64,000 nucleotides of DNA from Balanoglossus misakiensis (Eukaryota; Animalia; Hemichordata), in contig CM082579.2 of the NCBI GenBank assembly GCA_040954595.2, positions 62,001-126,000 on the forward strand, given 5' to 3'. Position numbers and translations under genes: made by a program. The notes beneath the pieces were generated by a model that was given only the letters and a program-made list of their open reading frames with translations, did not search any database and was not told the DNA's origin. This document shows positions 39,801-54,800 of the stretch, piece by piece (position 1 is the first letter of the stretch; each line of letters begins with the position of its first letter).

Positions 39801-42800
39801 TTTTTCTGTCAGATTTCATTCAATTTCATCACACAGCTTCAATATTAGCATGAGTGCCCTATTACCCATTGATTCATCAAAACACAGCAGTAACCTGTAA
39901 ATGTTTTCAGATCATGAATAACATTTACAATACACAAATCTGTATTTCTTGACTTAGCTTGTGACATTGACAATAACAGTCACATCACATGTTCACACTT
40001 AAACCAAATTTGTTGGGTATTGGATTTTGGAGGGTGGGGTGGGGGTGGGGTTAACTATGGAGAGAACCATGACAAAACCTACTACAAATATCAATCTCAG
40101 AGAAGAGCTTGTGTCTATGGCATTAACTGGTTAAATGAAGTGACATAGAGTTTTTACTTGTGGCGGTAAACCTGCTTGCTTGACATCACTTCCACGTCAT
40201 GGACATCATATATCAAGACGGTTCAAGATGGATGAGATTGAACTTGCCTAATGGCAAACCTGTCATGTGCAGTCACAAAAAAACTTTTAGTTTCACAAAC
40301 GGGTACTCAATTTTCCTGAACAAGAAGAAATTACACCATGATTTGCCTTTAGCTGATTAATCTGCAGGACAAATTGCCTGTATGCTATCAAACCCTTGGC
40401 CAAGATTATCACTAATTACATCGCCCCAGGGAGCTGATACATAATATAGCAGAAATAACTCGAGTTGACTGAGAAGTTGAAATTGAATTGTTGGTAATGA
40501 AAACACTTTTCATCATTTGTTTTTATCCTTAGGGTTAACAATCATGTATCTGCCCTTGTTACATGTGTTATGATGCCACAAAAAATCTCATCCACTGTAT
40601 ATATTGTTTCCCATTTAGTCCGCTATGTTTTAGGTGTCCATTATAGCACAGATATTGTTATGAACACAATCTATCTATACTTTAAATGGTAAAAAATCTT
40701 TCTCTTAAAATGACATAATGTACTAGTGCACCAGAAGATTTGTAAGCTCTACACAATAACTTTTTGATCAAACAATTATCTTGTGCAATATAAAAGTCGT
40801 ATAAATGACACACAACTGAATAATACAATTTTTGCACTATAACATTCTGTCTGGGCAGTCTTACGTGTAGACCTAGTCACTGTAGTCATTAGTGATCAAT
40901 CTGATGACATGTATGTATGTCAGATGATAGAGACATCATAGGATTTAAGCTTAGTCTTTGCTATTTCTTCAGTGTTGTACAGCACTGAGCTTGGCAGAGA
41001 ATCATTCCCAAGCTCACTCTAATCTTGTTTCAAGTGTGTTTGATCTGCTACTTTTAGTTTTTTTTTTTTTTTTTTTTTTTTTTTGGGGGGGGGGGGGGAA
41101 TCTTAACAAAATCAAAAGATCCTTTCATTAGAAGATTACAGTGGGGGGATTTGGATTTTAGTTTCCACTACAGCATTTCTGTAAGCCATATGAAAAAGAC
41201 AATGTGCAGATGGACTTATAAACACAAAAAGTGTGTTTATACATGTACTTCTCTTTGATTATCATTATAAACTATTTCTTCCAGCAAGGAGGAAGTAGCT
41301 AATGATCACTTATAAATGCAGTGTGGGTATTAAGAATTTTCAATTTGGTAGATGTATAGACTGCCATTTAATGTACAGACAACACTGGCATTTCCTCTCA
41401 TCTCCTTATAACTAATATAAGGTTACAGTGGCAGGAGAATGTGCTCATTAAGATGATATGAAGAAAGCGATACAACTTTGTGTTGGCATGCAAGAACAGT
41501 ATCGATTGGCAATCCCTAGAAAACAACTCCTAGTCCTATCTGATAATGTTTTAAAGAAAAACTTATATTTGTAATGATTAGTATTTTCCATCAGTGCCAT
41601 GCAAAATTACAAGATGCTGAGTTGTACACATGTTCACTGACAGATAAAAAACAGAATTGTTGAACTTTCCGTGGTATTCTTGTCATAATTCAAACTTAAA
41701 TAACATCTAAGAGACAAGGTAGCTAAAACAATTAATACATTTAATATACTTTGCATAGGGTGTGTTATCGAAGGCCAACAAATGATGCTGTCAATGCCTA
41801 GACATTTTACTCTACAGCTCTTATCATAAGTCTTTCCTTGAATTTCCTGTGTCTTCATTTGTATGCTACACCTATGGTCATGTCTTGTCTGCTTGGCTGA
41901 TTTCAAACTCCTTCAGAATGCCTTTGCTCACAGCCAGTGAGTACTGATATTGACAAGAGGTGAAAACTCTCACTATTCTCTATAAAACTCAGCTATCTTC
42001 AATCCACACTCTACATGTCAGACAATTTTGTCATCACAGACAAGCACACAGCTGATGATTTTCATAATTCCTGATATCTTAATTTTGCTTTCCCTGTCGT
42101 TTGATTATGCATTCAATTTGTATATTCATATTCTGGGGCAAATTTAACAGTGCATTATGCTCTATTTAACCATAAATTAAAACAGGCTCTCAACCATGTG
42201 CAGACCCATGGCTGCCTGGGCTCTGACATACAGCTTATGCAAATACACCAAGCCCTGACCTCTCACCCATGTACACGTATGGCTGTATTTTGTGCAATTA
42301 CCATAAAGGTGCGTTTGTCTGAATCTTGAACTGAAGACACTGCTGACATACAGGGACATTTTGATGTTACTATTGGGACATTGATATTTCCTTTTCCAAG
42401 AAATGTACACACACAACACTGATTACTGAAACATGTCTATGTCAACCATGTCTCCATTTCTTCTCAAGAGAATACTGATGTACAAGTAAAACACACAAAA
42501 AAGAGAAATCTGAGAGAAAGCGGTCTCCTGAAAGGGCAGAACAGTACAAACATTATCCTCATGTCTGCATCTCAATGTTTGATGCACTGGAAAATGTATA
42601 CATGCGAAGGCCACTAGTTAAGTTTAGAGTGCTCATCATATCAAATGTAAAATGACAATTTGTCAAATTGAAATTCCTTTTATGGGGCAATGTCAATCTT
42701 TTGCCTATCGTGATTGGCCAAATGTTTTCTTGATGCAATTCACACTGTCTCCAGGCTAGGTCATATACATTTGCATACAAGTCAACAGGTACGTGTATGC

Positions 42801-45800
42801 TTGATGTCAAGCCTTCCATGCCATTGATATGGGAATATGAATCTGCTCCACAAACAATGCCAGCTGTATGTCAACACTGTTCCCCAACCCTCAGTAAACA
42901 CTTCTTCTCCATTACACAGGTTTTAGACCTTGCAGCACAGTTACTATCACAGCATGAAGGTGTGGACCACTTGATGTCCTTATGAACTCCCTAAAATGCT
43001 TCATTTCTACAAGTCATGTTATTTGGGGTCAACTTTGTGAAATTTCCCCGAGGGTACTGATATTGTCTTTGTTTTCCAAGGGACAACATTTGAGCCAATT
43101 TAATAGAATGGAAAGGGGGTCCCAGTCAAGTCTGTATTTAATGTCCGGGGTCATTCATTTTGTGGCACTTTAGATATAAAGTCTAAACTGAAAAAAAACA
43201 ACTGGTCAATATACTAATGACTTCTCCCAAACCTGCTGAAACGGAAAGCATTGCAACATCTAATTAATGTAATTGCTTTTAAGGTATAATGTATAACGGG
43301 CATGTGTCCTACATGTACATTTGTAAAAAAAATAAGTTCACAGAACTGTTTGAACACAATGTGAGCATTGTCATTCATTGACAGTGAAGCTATTCCATCA
43401 TTTGCAAGGACGTTAGTAGGTTTTCTAGTATGCCCTGCACATATATGTTACATTGGACATGAAAAATTACAGCTGGATTTCTGCCATTCTGGTGAAGAAT
43501 GTGTGAAAACTTATCCTGAGAATTTTAGTAGTACATTGCTCCAGTTCTGACAAATCACAGTTTATACAACTTATGTTTGTTAAAAAAAGACAAGAAAATG
43601 AGCTGTTCTTATAGTGCTAGAACATTTTGTACAAAGTGACAAAACTTGCTTTGGTAATAAACTGCATTCCACACTGTAAGTACATGTACTGTGAACGCTG
43701 AATTTGACCTGACATTCTTGATTTTTTCAACAACCTATCATGGCTTCGAAGGGGAAATAAGAAACCCATTGTTTCCTTTGTAGGCCATAGCAGAGATAAC
43801 AAAATATAATTGATGTGTGGGTGTGTGGATAAGGTACATAAAGTCAGCTTGTTATTCACTGGCAACCAGTACTTGTTGTCAGAGTTCAAATATTTGACGA
43901 CAGTGACTTATGTAGGGAATAAATGAAACCTGTTGAATTTCACAGACATACAATAAAATCTTCAAAATTTATAAGTTCAAAATTCCCCAAAACAGAGTGT
44001 AAAGTTTAACCAAGTGTTTTCAATGAAAGTGGCTGAAGCTGTGTGTGGCATCAGAATTCTCTTACAAAACACGTACCATATCAGACACAGGCTTCCACAC
44101 AAAAAATGTACATCTGTGTGAATGAGAGATAAGATACAGGTTTTATTTTAGGACCACAGAGAGCAGAGAGGTACCACAAAAGAGCAATCAGCAGTTTCAT
44201 TGGTATGTCTGATTTCCTACTCAGCATTCCTCTTAATGGATTTGTAATCATAAACCCAACATTCACTGCATGGTGGGGAATCATTAAGCTGATTTGCCAG
44301 CTTTTTGTTGCTGGATTTTTATCTTCTTACACTTTCTCTATGCGGGAGTGCTCATTTCTACTACAGTAACATACATTGTTTTAATCTTGTCAAACACTGC
44401 CACTTTGTGATGTGTTTTGTGCATTTCTGAAAAAAAGTTGAATTTCAGAACTGCATCCAAGCATCTCAATGGGATAATTGAATTGAATTACGGCTTTGTA
44501 CTTTACTGAGAATAGAATCACAAAGGTAACACTTTAAACTTTGACTGTAGAAATTACTCTGGGGAATTCATTTCAGAAAAATGTACGGTGAGAAACTTTG
44601 CTACAGTATGTTAGAGTCTGTTCAGCATCATTCGTTTTATAACGAAACAAAACATAATGTATTCATGATCACTTGTTTTTCCCATTGAGATCAGCTACAT
44701 TTTGATTACCAGTAGATTTTATAATTTTGTTCTCTAGCCAAATAAATAGAGAAATTATACTCTTGGTCATATTTGATGTGAGTAATTTGCTCATGGTTTT
44801 GTCACACAAGCTATCAACTACTGAAATCCTTAACCTGCAGAAATTGTCTGGTGCTCTGGCACGCCTGTAACATCTTAACCAATTTTCTGTTGCATGGAAA
44901 AAGAGACATTGAATAATTTATACAAGATGAAAAATTGCTGAGTGGATTCCAAGAAAGGCAACACAAACTTGGTGCTCATGTATCATCTGTTATAAAATAA
45001 ATGGAGTCAACAATCTATTCTGGTTGAAACATTCTCTTCTACTGCACTCCACTGAAACAGTTGTTTTAAATCATATGCAGTAATTACCGTAGCTAGCTAG
45101 GTTTGAGAAGTGACAGGGTATTTTGAAGGTACCAACTTAAAAGTTAATTTTGAAAAATATTTTAATGAGCAAGACATTCTGGCTGGATGTTAATCAATGT
45201 TTTAAAAATTTACTGAGGGGATGTCAACAATGCAAGAGCACCAAATTCTTACGAGACCCTCATTTTCATAAATCATATCTAAACTTCTTTTAAATATTTA
45301 TGTCACTCCTGGAAATATGAGAAAAGCCTAGGATTTGGAATCATTCAATAATTTTCAGCCAGAGTTATTTATATGACCTAAATGCACTTTTGTTGTCTGA
45401 AATTTCATTCCATTTCTATAATTTTTTTCTTTTTCAGTAAAGTCATGCCATTCTGATTATCGATTTCAACTCATCTAGTTACAATATTATATGATTTTCA
45501 CTAGAAAGTACCTACAAATTTGTAGCAAGCTTCCGCAGGCGAGGTGAGGTGAGGCAAGTGACCTGTTGTGACCTGGTCTGACCTAAGACTGTTGAGGATC
45601 CATCATCAACCTATCATATTTTCCAGGATTCTAATTTGGATAGTACAGCACATCAGCACGGTATACCGTGTATCATGTTTTATGTCAATTTTAATGTCTT
45701 GTCCTCTTGAACTTCTGCACATCAACAAAAATCACAAATCTGACCCTGGTATTATATTTTATCTTTCAGTTTGCATATATGCCAAGATTACACTACTGAT

Positions 45801-48800
45801 GAAAAAGTCAGACTGCCCTGTAACGCAGATCTTCAGACATTCAGCAAACCATTACTTATTATTACTTTTTTTCAAGATAGCGCTTGGTATATATTGAGTA
45901 TGAAATGTTTTGTTAACACATCACACGCAATCAACTCATAGTCCTAAAAATACACCAAAGTTGTTTTTTTCAACTACATGTACATGTACCAGTGTATACC
46001 TGTACAAATATCTCATAAAACATTACCTCTCAGTAATCATTCCTATGAGACACATAAATCAAGTATGTTTCTTCTCTGACATTACTTCATAAATGGAACT
46101 GGAAGTGATGTCACTTTATATGCAGTGTAATTACCTGCACTTTAGGTATATTTACTGAACACTGTCTTATTACAATTTTTTTTTGTACAACTCAAAACCA
46201 ATCCTTGACTTAAATTTTTTTTTGCACCTGGTGAAAACAGCAAAGGGGATATGTTCCATTTAGAGACCTCCATTCAGTGTTGCAGAACATGAAGTAAAGT
46301 GGTTTGTCTCATTTTTTTGGTTCTGGTTTCCAATTCATGGGGTGAATCCAACACGATTTGCATTAAAATGAAAGGGACCACTGCTCCGTGAAATTCCCAC
46401 ACAGGGTGTTTTAATTCAATGACTGCAGCTGGCCTCAGTTAGTGTACCATAAACATCTAACTGCAGATGTCAGCATTTTGCAAGTGTGTCAGGACACAAA
46501 ACTCTGTAATGTATCATGACAAAAGTGTAGCTCACCAACTTATCACACAATAACTATTTAATATTAGTATTAAAATCACAGACCATCTCCTACTATGACT
46601 AAATTGCTCCTAATATCAAAAGAATTCAACACGATGTGAAAACATGACTCTTCTGCCAAATTAAACTAGAGTGACATATATAGTCTTGTAATTTAATCAG
46701 AAATGAAATAGATGCTTCGGGTAGAGTCGGAGGTTTACTTTATCAATGACCTTATAACATTCATCTTGATATTATAATTGCATTGACCTGAGTGGGTCAT
46801 CTGTGTATGCCAATCTACAGACCAAGATACTTCCTGTCTTTCTACATAAAGATTTCCAGTAATCAATTCTTGACTCGAAATTTTGCTCAATTAATTGAGT
46901 CTGTACTTGATAGGCATTGATTAGCTTAACTATGAATCATAATAATAACCAACATGGTAAAATGAAATCATCGTTTTTGTATAAAGGTCATAAAATTATA
47001 TGGCAGCCACTCTAATCACCTGGTTTCTACTGAAGTGAACGCTATCCCTCTGACATCTCATCCTCCGTGTTTGAAATTACATCATCCATACATGCGAATC
47101 AAATCCTGACAATAATAAATTTATGGCGATAAATGAAGTGGTGAGCTTGTTGTTGAAGTTGAAAAGTTATAATTAAATACTGAAGTTTACATTTGCTAAT
47201 GTTAAGTATACACCATGTAATCAAAGATAACACTTGTCAAAATTTATTGCACTCCAGCAGTGTGAGCATTTAAGAAAATCAGTGACTACATGGACTTGCA
47301 CACCTGGTACAGATACCCACTGTTTTAATATCATTAGGTATAAACTCATGCTGACAGCTAAATTTCCAATATGACTAATTCATCGAAATAGAACTGACAG
47401 ATTTACGCGACAATCATTAACCAACAGCCACACACCAAATTGCTCATTTCACAATCCCGACACCTCAGACGGCATAATTCTCTGTAATCATTGTAAAAAT
47501 TCACCTGAATACCAGAGATGGAGCTGTTCCATACCCAAAGCACTGACTCTAAACATCAGACCATCCAAAACATAGCATACTGAGTAAAATCTTTTTTCTC
47601 CTATCTTGGCCAGAAAATACAAAATGTTCCTGGTTATTCAAGTGACCCATTTGATATGCCAGGCCTTCTACGTTCTACTGCACTTAAGACTAGATGTATT
47701 TATATGCAAAGCTGATTGGATTTGTGAGTTCAGTGTATTGTTTTGTTTTGTTTTGTCTGCAGAGGAATTCAGGTCCAACGCATATAAGATTCACCTTGGA
47801 ACTAAAAGTAAGCCATGGCACACACTGTAACGGTATGCAAAGAACTGCCCAGTTTTTATATTTGCCCGGGGCAAACCTGCTATTAACTAACTCAATATTG
47901 GGGAGCAAAGAGTATAATGAGACATCTAGATAAAATTAAGCTCCTTCTATTTAGCTTGAGAGCCTCCATTAATATCTGCAGACTTCACCTCATGACCTTT
48001 ACTCTGAAGGGCTGACTGATTCAAATTGTCTTTCAAAATAAAACATTACGCAAACATCTGCAGAGAACAATCATCATCATGTCTGCGAAAATCCCAGAGT
48101 CCTTTCTGCATAGGAACTGAGATGTTTATCTTATTAATACTATAGTGCAGTGTTATGATTGGACAACAATACTCTGTCTGCCAAGGTTTGTAATTTGGTC
48201 AAAGCCCCAGTTACACTGAATAATATCTGAGAGAAGAAACTAAACTGTGACTAGTGTAATAAAGTGAAATAATTTGTGTAAGTAGAAAATTGATAGATAC
48301 CTTTAGCCCATGATGGAGGGCGGTTCCTTCGGGCTTGGGGCAATTTCTTTAGCTCCCCGTACTTGTTATTCATATCATCAACCACAAAATATTGCGTGTC
48401 TCGAAAACGCAATTTGTTGTGTAGCACAAACATTTTATCCTTCCATGAGTGGAATTTGACTATCACAGCTCGCGTGTATCCATCTTTGGGTTTACCTACA
48501 CGATAGACACATTCAATTGTCTTAGGTCCAATGACCATTCCTAAATGATGACTTAGAATACTGCCAACTTTGGGTTCATCTTCCTGGTGGTCCTCTTCAA
48601 TTCCAAAAATCCTGATGTTGTTACACCGAGATAAACTGTCTAATACCTCTGATTGTCCATTCACCATTTTCTTCAACTCTGCATTCTCTTTCTTCAATTG
48701 ATACACCTCTTCCTCCAGTGTTTTTTGTATGTCCTGAAATTGTCCAATTTCTGTCTGCTGGCTTTCCAGTCGACTACTCAACTCAATTATATTCTCTTTG

Positions 48801-51800
48801 CTAGACTGCACCATCTCCAACACTTTAGACATGTTCATGGACAAAGAATTCAATTCTTCAGCTGAAGCTGATTTCTTGTGTTTTGACTTGAATGGCCCTG
48901 GATTTTGCTCCACATCGCCAGCACACAACAAGATCAGCAGGAGAGCCATCACCAGACACAGGTTATGTTTGTTGTCTATGAAAAGCATCAATGAGGTCAT
49001 CAGATTGCCAAATACCAGAACAGAGTCATATCCTGCCCGCTGATAAAATATTTGCCTCACCTGAATTACACATGAATTGTTCTCTTCATGATCAAATACA
49101 AGGGAAGTCATTGTCCTCCAATCAGATGAGAAACCTCCAGCGGGATCTGTTAGCCGTAGACTGAGGTACTGTTTGTGCAACATTTCTGCACCAATACTTT
49201 GAATGTCAACCTGAGACATGTTTAAATATCACAGAAAAAAGTGTGTAACATGTACTACTATAAGGCACTCAAACACAACGCATGTATCCAATATCTTCAT
49301 ACAGGCATATTGTATACCACCTGTTAATTACCAGTAATTGATCATGGCTATCTCTGTAACATCAATTTTCAGACTCCTCTTTTCATCTCCAGCTGTGTTG
49401 CAGCAGTTGACAGATCACGAGTCTTTTCAACCTGTAAAAATATACCTGCAGTGTACGCTTTTGGCAGACCGACGATGATATCAGGTGTACGCTGTGTATA
49501 GATCATACAAACTGCATGTGTCTGCATACCACAGTCGATTGTTACTTCATTTCGAATTACCGCTGGTGGCTTACATAACCATCCTCTACAATGCTGGTTG
49601 AAACAGTAGAGTCTCAAACATCTATTTTATCACAAGGTGACAAAGTAGCCAGTCAGAAAATGCCAAGGCCGCCAGTTCTCTGTTAAAAGTGAACTTTGGC
49701 AGTACGTTGAAAGAATCCCTAGGTCTGTCCGCATTTTTAAACTGGCTACTCGCTTTGGCGGGCCAACTTTAAACACACACCTGTGACAAACATTGATAAC
49801 GTTCTCATAATATTCACTAGCCAGCTAAGGGTGCTTGACATATAGTCAGCTTGCACTGGTTAATAATAAGACAACACCATGACTCAATTTGTTTAATATT
49901 AACAGATTCGGCTAGTGTGATAAAGTATTCTGCAATACAATCTTGGACTACACAAAAACAGACACACATTGACTAAATCCATGAAAGAATGCCCACATAA
50001 TTATAAAGTCCCTGTGCATTGTTTCTCTTGTGCTTGGAAATTAAGTTGTATTTGCATATTGATTGTTAACTACTATAGAGGCCGGTGCCCTCTGCCTGTC
50101 TCTCTTTCTCTCTCTCTGTCTGCCTGTCTCTGTCATATTCATCAATATCACAAAGAAGTGAACAACTCTTGTGTGGCTTCATAGAATATGGGTCTGTCTA
50201 TCCAGCGGCTGTATATAGGAACCTTATATGAATTGACTTAGGAAACAAATTAATTTGTAATTCATGAAGGATCCAGGCTGTAACTCAATCACTAAATTTT
50301 CTTTCTTTCTCTGAAGATATAGTGACTAGTGTGCTGTGTTGTGTTGTGTTGTGCACTTCAGTGTTGCGTTGAATGGCATTGCACAACAGCAGATTACCTT
50401 ACATAAAATTAAATTCTCTAAAGCATAATTTATGAAGGTAATTGGGACTGTAAATTGTCATGTCTCCGTACACTAATCATGATCTCCTTACACGAGCACT
50501 GTACAAGTGTACATTTTTGCCAGCAAATTATATTACTGTCCCTTGAAATGTTTATAGTTTCCTGATAAATATTAATCTCCATTCAATGGCATGCTTTGAT
50601 TTAATATCAAAGTTTGCCTTTGATATTCCATTGAAAAACCTAATCATTTTATACTACATAATGCACTGCTTAAATTAGCTTATAGAATCAGAAAGACTAT
50701 TCATATATCCGACTAAATGAAATTATTTCAGTTAACAAACATGTTTATTTCTATTTTGGAGGAAATATCATTCTCTGATGAATTATTGCTTGGTATTACA
50801 TGTCATTAGCATTCACGAAACCTGTCAGGTATTTATCAGAAAACCAGGAAAGATTCACACATAAAATCCCATGTAATATTACTAATCAAGAAAATAGAAT
50901 CATTACAATACAGCAATTTGGCAATACATTGAATAAAGGTCAATGGAGGATGTAGAAGTGTCACTCTGGGTCAAAGTGCATGAGAAAATTATGTGGGAAC
51001 TGGTAATACATGCAGGTTGATGTAAATTTATAACCTGCAGCTTTCTTTCTCACATAACTCACACTAACATTGAGGAACTATTACCTAATTGATATTTTGA
51101 TGATTTTATAAGTGCTTGGTACTGTGACATGAATGAATGAATGAATGAATGAATGAATGAATGAATGAATGAATGAATGAATGAATGAATGAATGAATGA
51201 ATGAATGAATGAATGAATGAACTGTTGCCTTATTGCATTCTGTGTACTTTATAGGTGGGGGATTCACCTCCCTCAAGTGCCATTTTGTCAGGTAATCAGG
51301 TTATGTATCTAACTTTTGAATTGCAAACAAGCAAGACAAAAGTACACAACAATTACATGCGAGAACTGCTGAATGTCAGGGGTAAATTGTCATAAAATGG
51401 TAAAACATAGAAATATACCAGGTTCACATCAATTTACAATTTATGCCATCCCTACACAGGTGTAAGTTTTAAGTCGGCTATTAACCAATTTGGACACTGG
51501 ACCAGAGAGCCGGACTTATTTAGTCAAGGGATTGAAGGGGGAGGGGAGGGGGGGGGGGATGTGAGATCTGGCCTAACACATCATGATCAGTCAGCGTTAA
51601 ACAGTAGTGTGAACTCATTTATACTGTCCCTAGTCACAGCTGGAGCAAAGAAAAGACTACTGTTAATTACACATGACCTTAGTCAGGTACCAACTTCACC
51701 TCTGTATTAAAGAGCAGAAAAACATTAAGAGAAGATTTTTAGCTGTGACCTGGTCCTAGATACATTTTATGTAACGTAAACGATACTATAACAAGGTGGT

Positions 51801-54800
51801 ATTTTTATACCACTGCAGCTACGCAATATGTCAATCTGTGAGACCTTGTATGTCACCTGCATCTGTTGTCGCATTTTGGATGTTTGAAAAGCTGTTGGAG
51901 ATTTCTCTACCACTAAATATGTTATAAGCAGATTAGTAATGAACACTGGAATTTTTTGTACATGTATAACTATAAATTTTTAAAATAATGTTGTTTAGAT
52001 TTCATATCAAGTAAAGTCATACTGTAGATTAATCGCAATACACCTGGACTGTATTTTTCCTATCTGGGCATTTGGATGGAAAACCTGCAGTTACGCTGTA
52101 TACAACTATGGGGGTTAAATATATGTGATGCGTTTTACTGGTTGTATTTAAGGTGATTTAGCAGACCACATCAAGCAATTCATGCAGCTGACAAGAACAT
52201 TTCCAACATCATTTTAATCTTACTGGGACCTGCAGTATTCCACTGATTTACCGACTGTTTGGGCGTACTCCCTGATATAATGTCAAATATTGATAAATAA
52301 CTTCACGGCTATATGTCTGCTCTTAACTAAAACCAAGTACTTAAAGGAAATATCTTTCCTTAGAGAATAAGGCAAGGTCATTTGGTGTACCCTGAGCAGT
52401 TTATTCCCTCTAGGACAAACTATACTCATCAGGAATTCTCCATACATAGAACAGCCAGGACCAAATGTAGGTACATGTGTACTATTACTACATGTTACCA
52501 TATTTCTATCCTCAATCAGGACACAGGAATTGAAACCTATCCATTTTAATGACCTCTTAATGACCTCAAATCCTGGTACTGTAACATCCAGTTGCCTGAT
52601 CCATGTCATTTTTGCCAGTCATACTCCACGGAAATGACCCTCCAAACATTTACATCTATTGTGCTCATGGCACTACTCCCACTCTGAATCAATAATAATA
52701 ATTTGAAATTTCTACACCTCCACTGTACCTTTCAAATGTTTCTGTCAAACACTGCAACAAATTACACCAAAGTTGTTTGACATAACTTTCTTGCTGAGCA
52801 AATGTTGCCTATTATAATCAGAGAATTTGTTTCAAGAAGGATTAACTGTTTGACCAAGTTAACATGCCTGGTGATTGCTTCATCCTATGATCTTACTCCA
52901 TGCATTATTCACAGAATTACATGTACATTGTAATTGAACAGGCTCTATATAGGATTTGTCTCAAGTTTAATTGAAATATAGAATTGAAAGTAGAGAAGCG
53001 GGATTGATGAAAACAAAATCCAATTATACTTCTTGTACTTAGTGTAAACACATTTCTAATTAGAGTTGATAGAAGTTTGTTGTAAAATAAGTTACATTGG
53101 GATTTTCAATTTACTCAAGATACTAGTAAATCTGAAGATATTTGAAAGACAGGTAAGGTTATCATATTTTCAGTCACATGTATACATAACTGACAATGAA
53201 ACAGAGATAGTATGCAAGATGAAGCTGTCAAAGGGATTTGTAAAAGGCAGTTTATCCAATGCAATGATCATGACAAACCTCTTAATGAGAAATGTATTCG
53301 ATTCACCCATGTCAGGACACTGATACTCTCTCTGGAAGTTTCTCTTATCTCCTTTAGGAATGATACTGCAACCAATTTCCCAGGATAATCCCTGAGAAAA
53401 TGGAGTATCTTGGAGTATTATCACAGATGGGAACTCTTCAATGACCAGTCTTTGTTAAAGCGGCAATCCTCTGTACAGTTATGTAAATAACTGACTGGGA
53501 TGAGTTCATCATTGAGATGGCTTTGAGATGATGCCCTGTGCAGCTTACTTTGTGAGATCTCACAAACATCCTAGTCAATGACTCTTCACAGCTCAACACA
53601 TTCTTTATCTTTCATGTACAGCATCACTCATATCAAGGTATATACTACAATCCATTCAGTACAGCCATAATGATATGAAGTCTGAACTTTTTACCTATTC
53701 AGTAATCACATGTTACCCATCAGAGGTATGGTTGGTGGTTATGAGAATGTGAAAGGTTATAAAATTAACTGACATGAAAAACAATACAGCTGAGGGTGGG
53801 TAAGGAGGATGCTATTCCTGGCTATTATGGATCTTTCTGTGCATTTAGTACAGGAAGATAGTCCAGCTTGGTTCAAACATTTTTATTTCAAAAAGACAAT
53901 TCACTGTCATAAGTTCATAATCTGTAACAATTCAGACAACCGGTACGTTGACTTCAGCACTTGCTTGTCTCCCCTCGTCATGTGAGAAAATTGCTTTCTA
54001 AATGGTTCATACCTTACTATACTAACATTGTCACAAGTACATTTCCACCACAAACCAATATTGCATGTTTCTAGTGAACAGATTATCACATTTTATTATT
54101 CACCAGGCGGCATCAGTGATGGTTAGAATGGGAAAAAGCTCCTGTTATTTCCAACTGACTTACGATCATGAAAATCAATTTCATGATTTAGTTTTCAATT
54201 TAATATAGAAGATTATACCAAATAATCACCTGTATTACAAAACTGTCTTGAATAGAAGCTTGATATTACCAACTTAAGCAGCAAATTTAAAACCGATCTT
54301 ATGGGACAGACATTATATCATTTAATAATGTTGAATAAAGATAAACCCAGCAGAATTGCTGATACCTTTTGTGTTCCATGCCATGTAGGATAAGCAGACA
54401 ATTAACCAGACTCTCTTCAAAGGTACCATAGTAAGATTATCATATCATGTAATTTCTATGGATAAAGTTTGCTGATGTGCATGCACCTAACAACTTGGAA
54501 GCAACCATTCCTGCCAAGCAATGAGAGATATTTAGCATCTTCACCGGGTTCTTACACATTTCCCAGAAGGGATGCAAAGATAATGATTCTACTTTAAGAA
54601 CAACTACCCCTCAGCAAGTCTTTCTAGATCTATTTTGTTTAATTGATTCACTGCATTATTTTATTCACTATTTTGATTACACAGGATTCATCCAACACAG
54701 CCAAATGGTGATTATTATAGAAATTGACATGTTGTGTATACATATGATAAAAAGCTATGATCAATCAACATACATTTGAATGCAAGTTTGGGTAATTTCT

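Noticed and set aside
41058-41098. Poly-T followed by poly-G as a retrocopy tail or G-quadruplex
   Set aside because: No adjacent element body or TSD; homopolymer lengths are unreliable in assemblies.
52283-52609. 108-aa minus-strand intronic ORF and similar 60-110 aa ORFs across 37-60 kb
   Set aside because: Lengths expected by chance; no motifs and no RT or endonuclease similarity.
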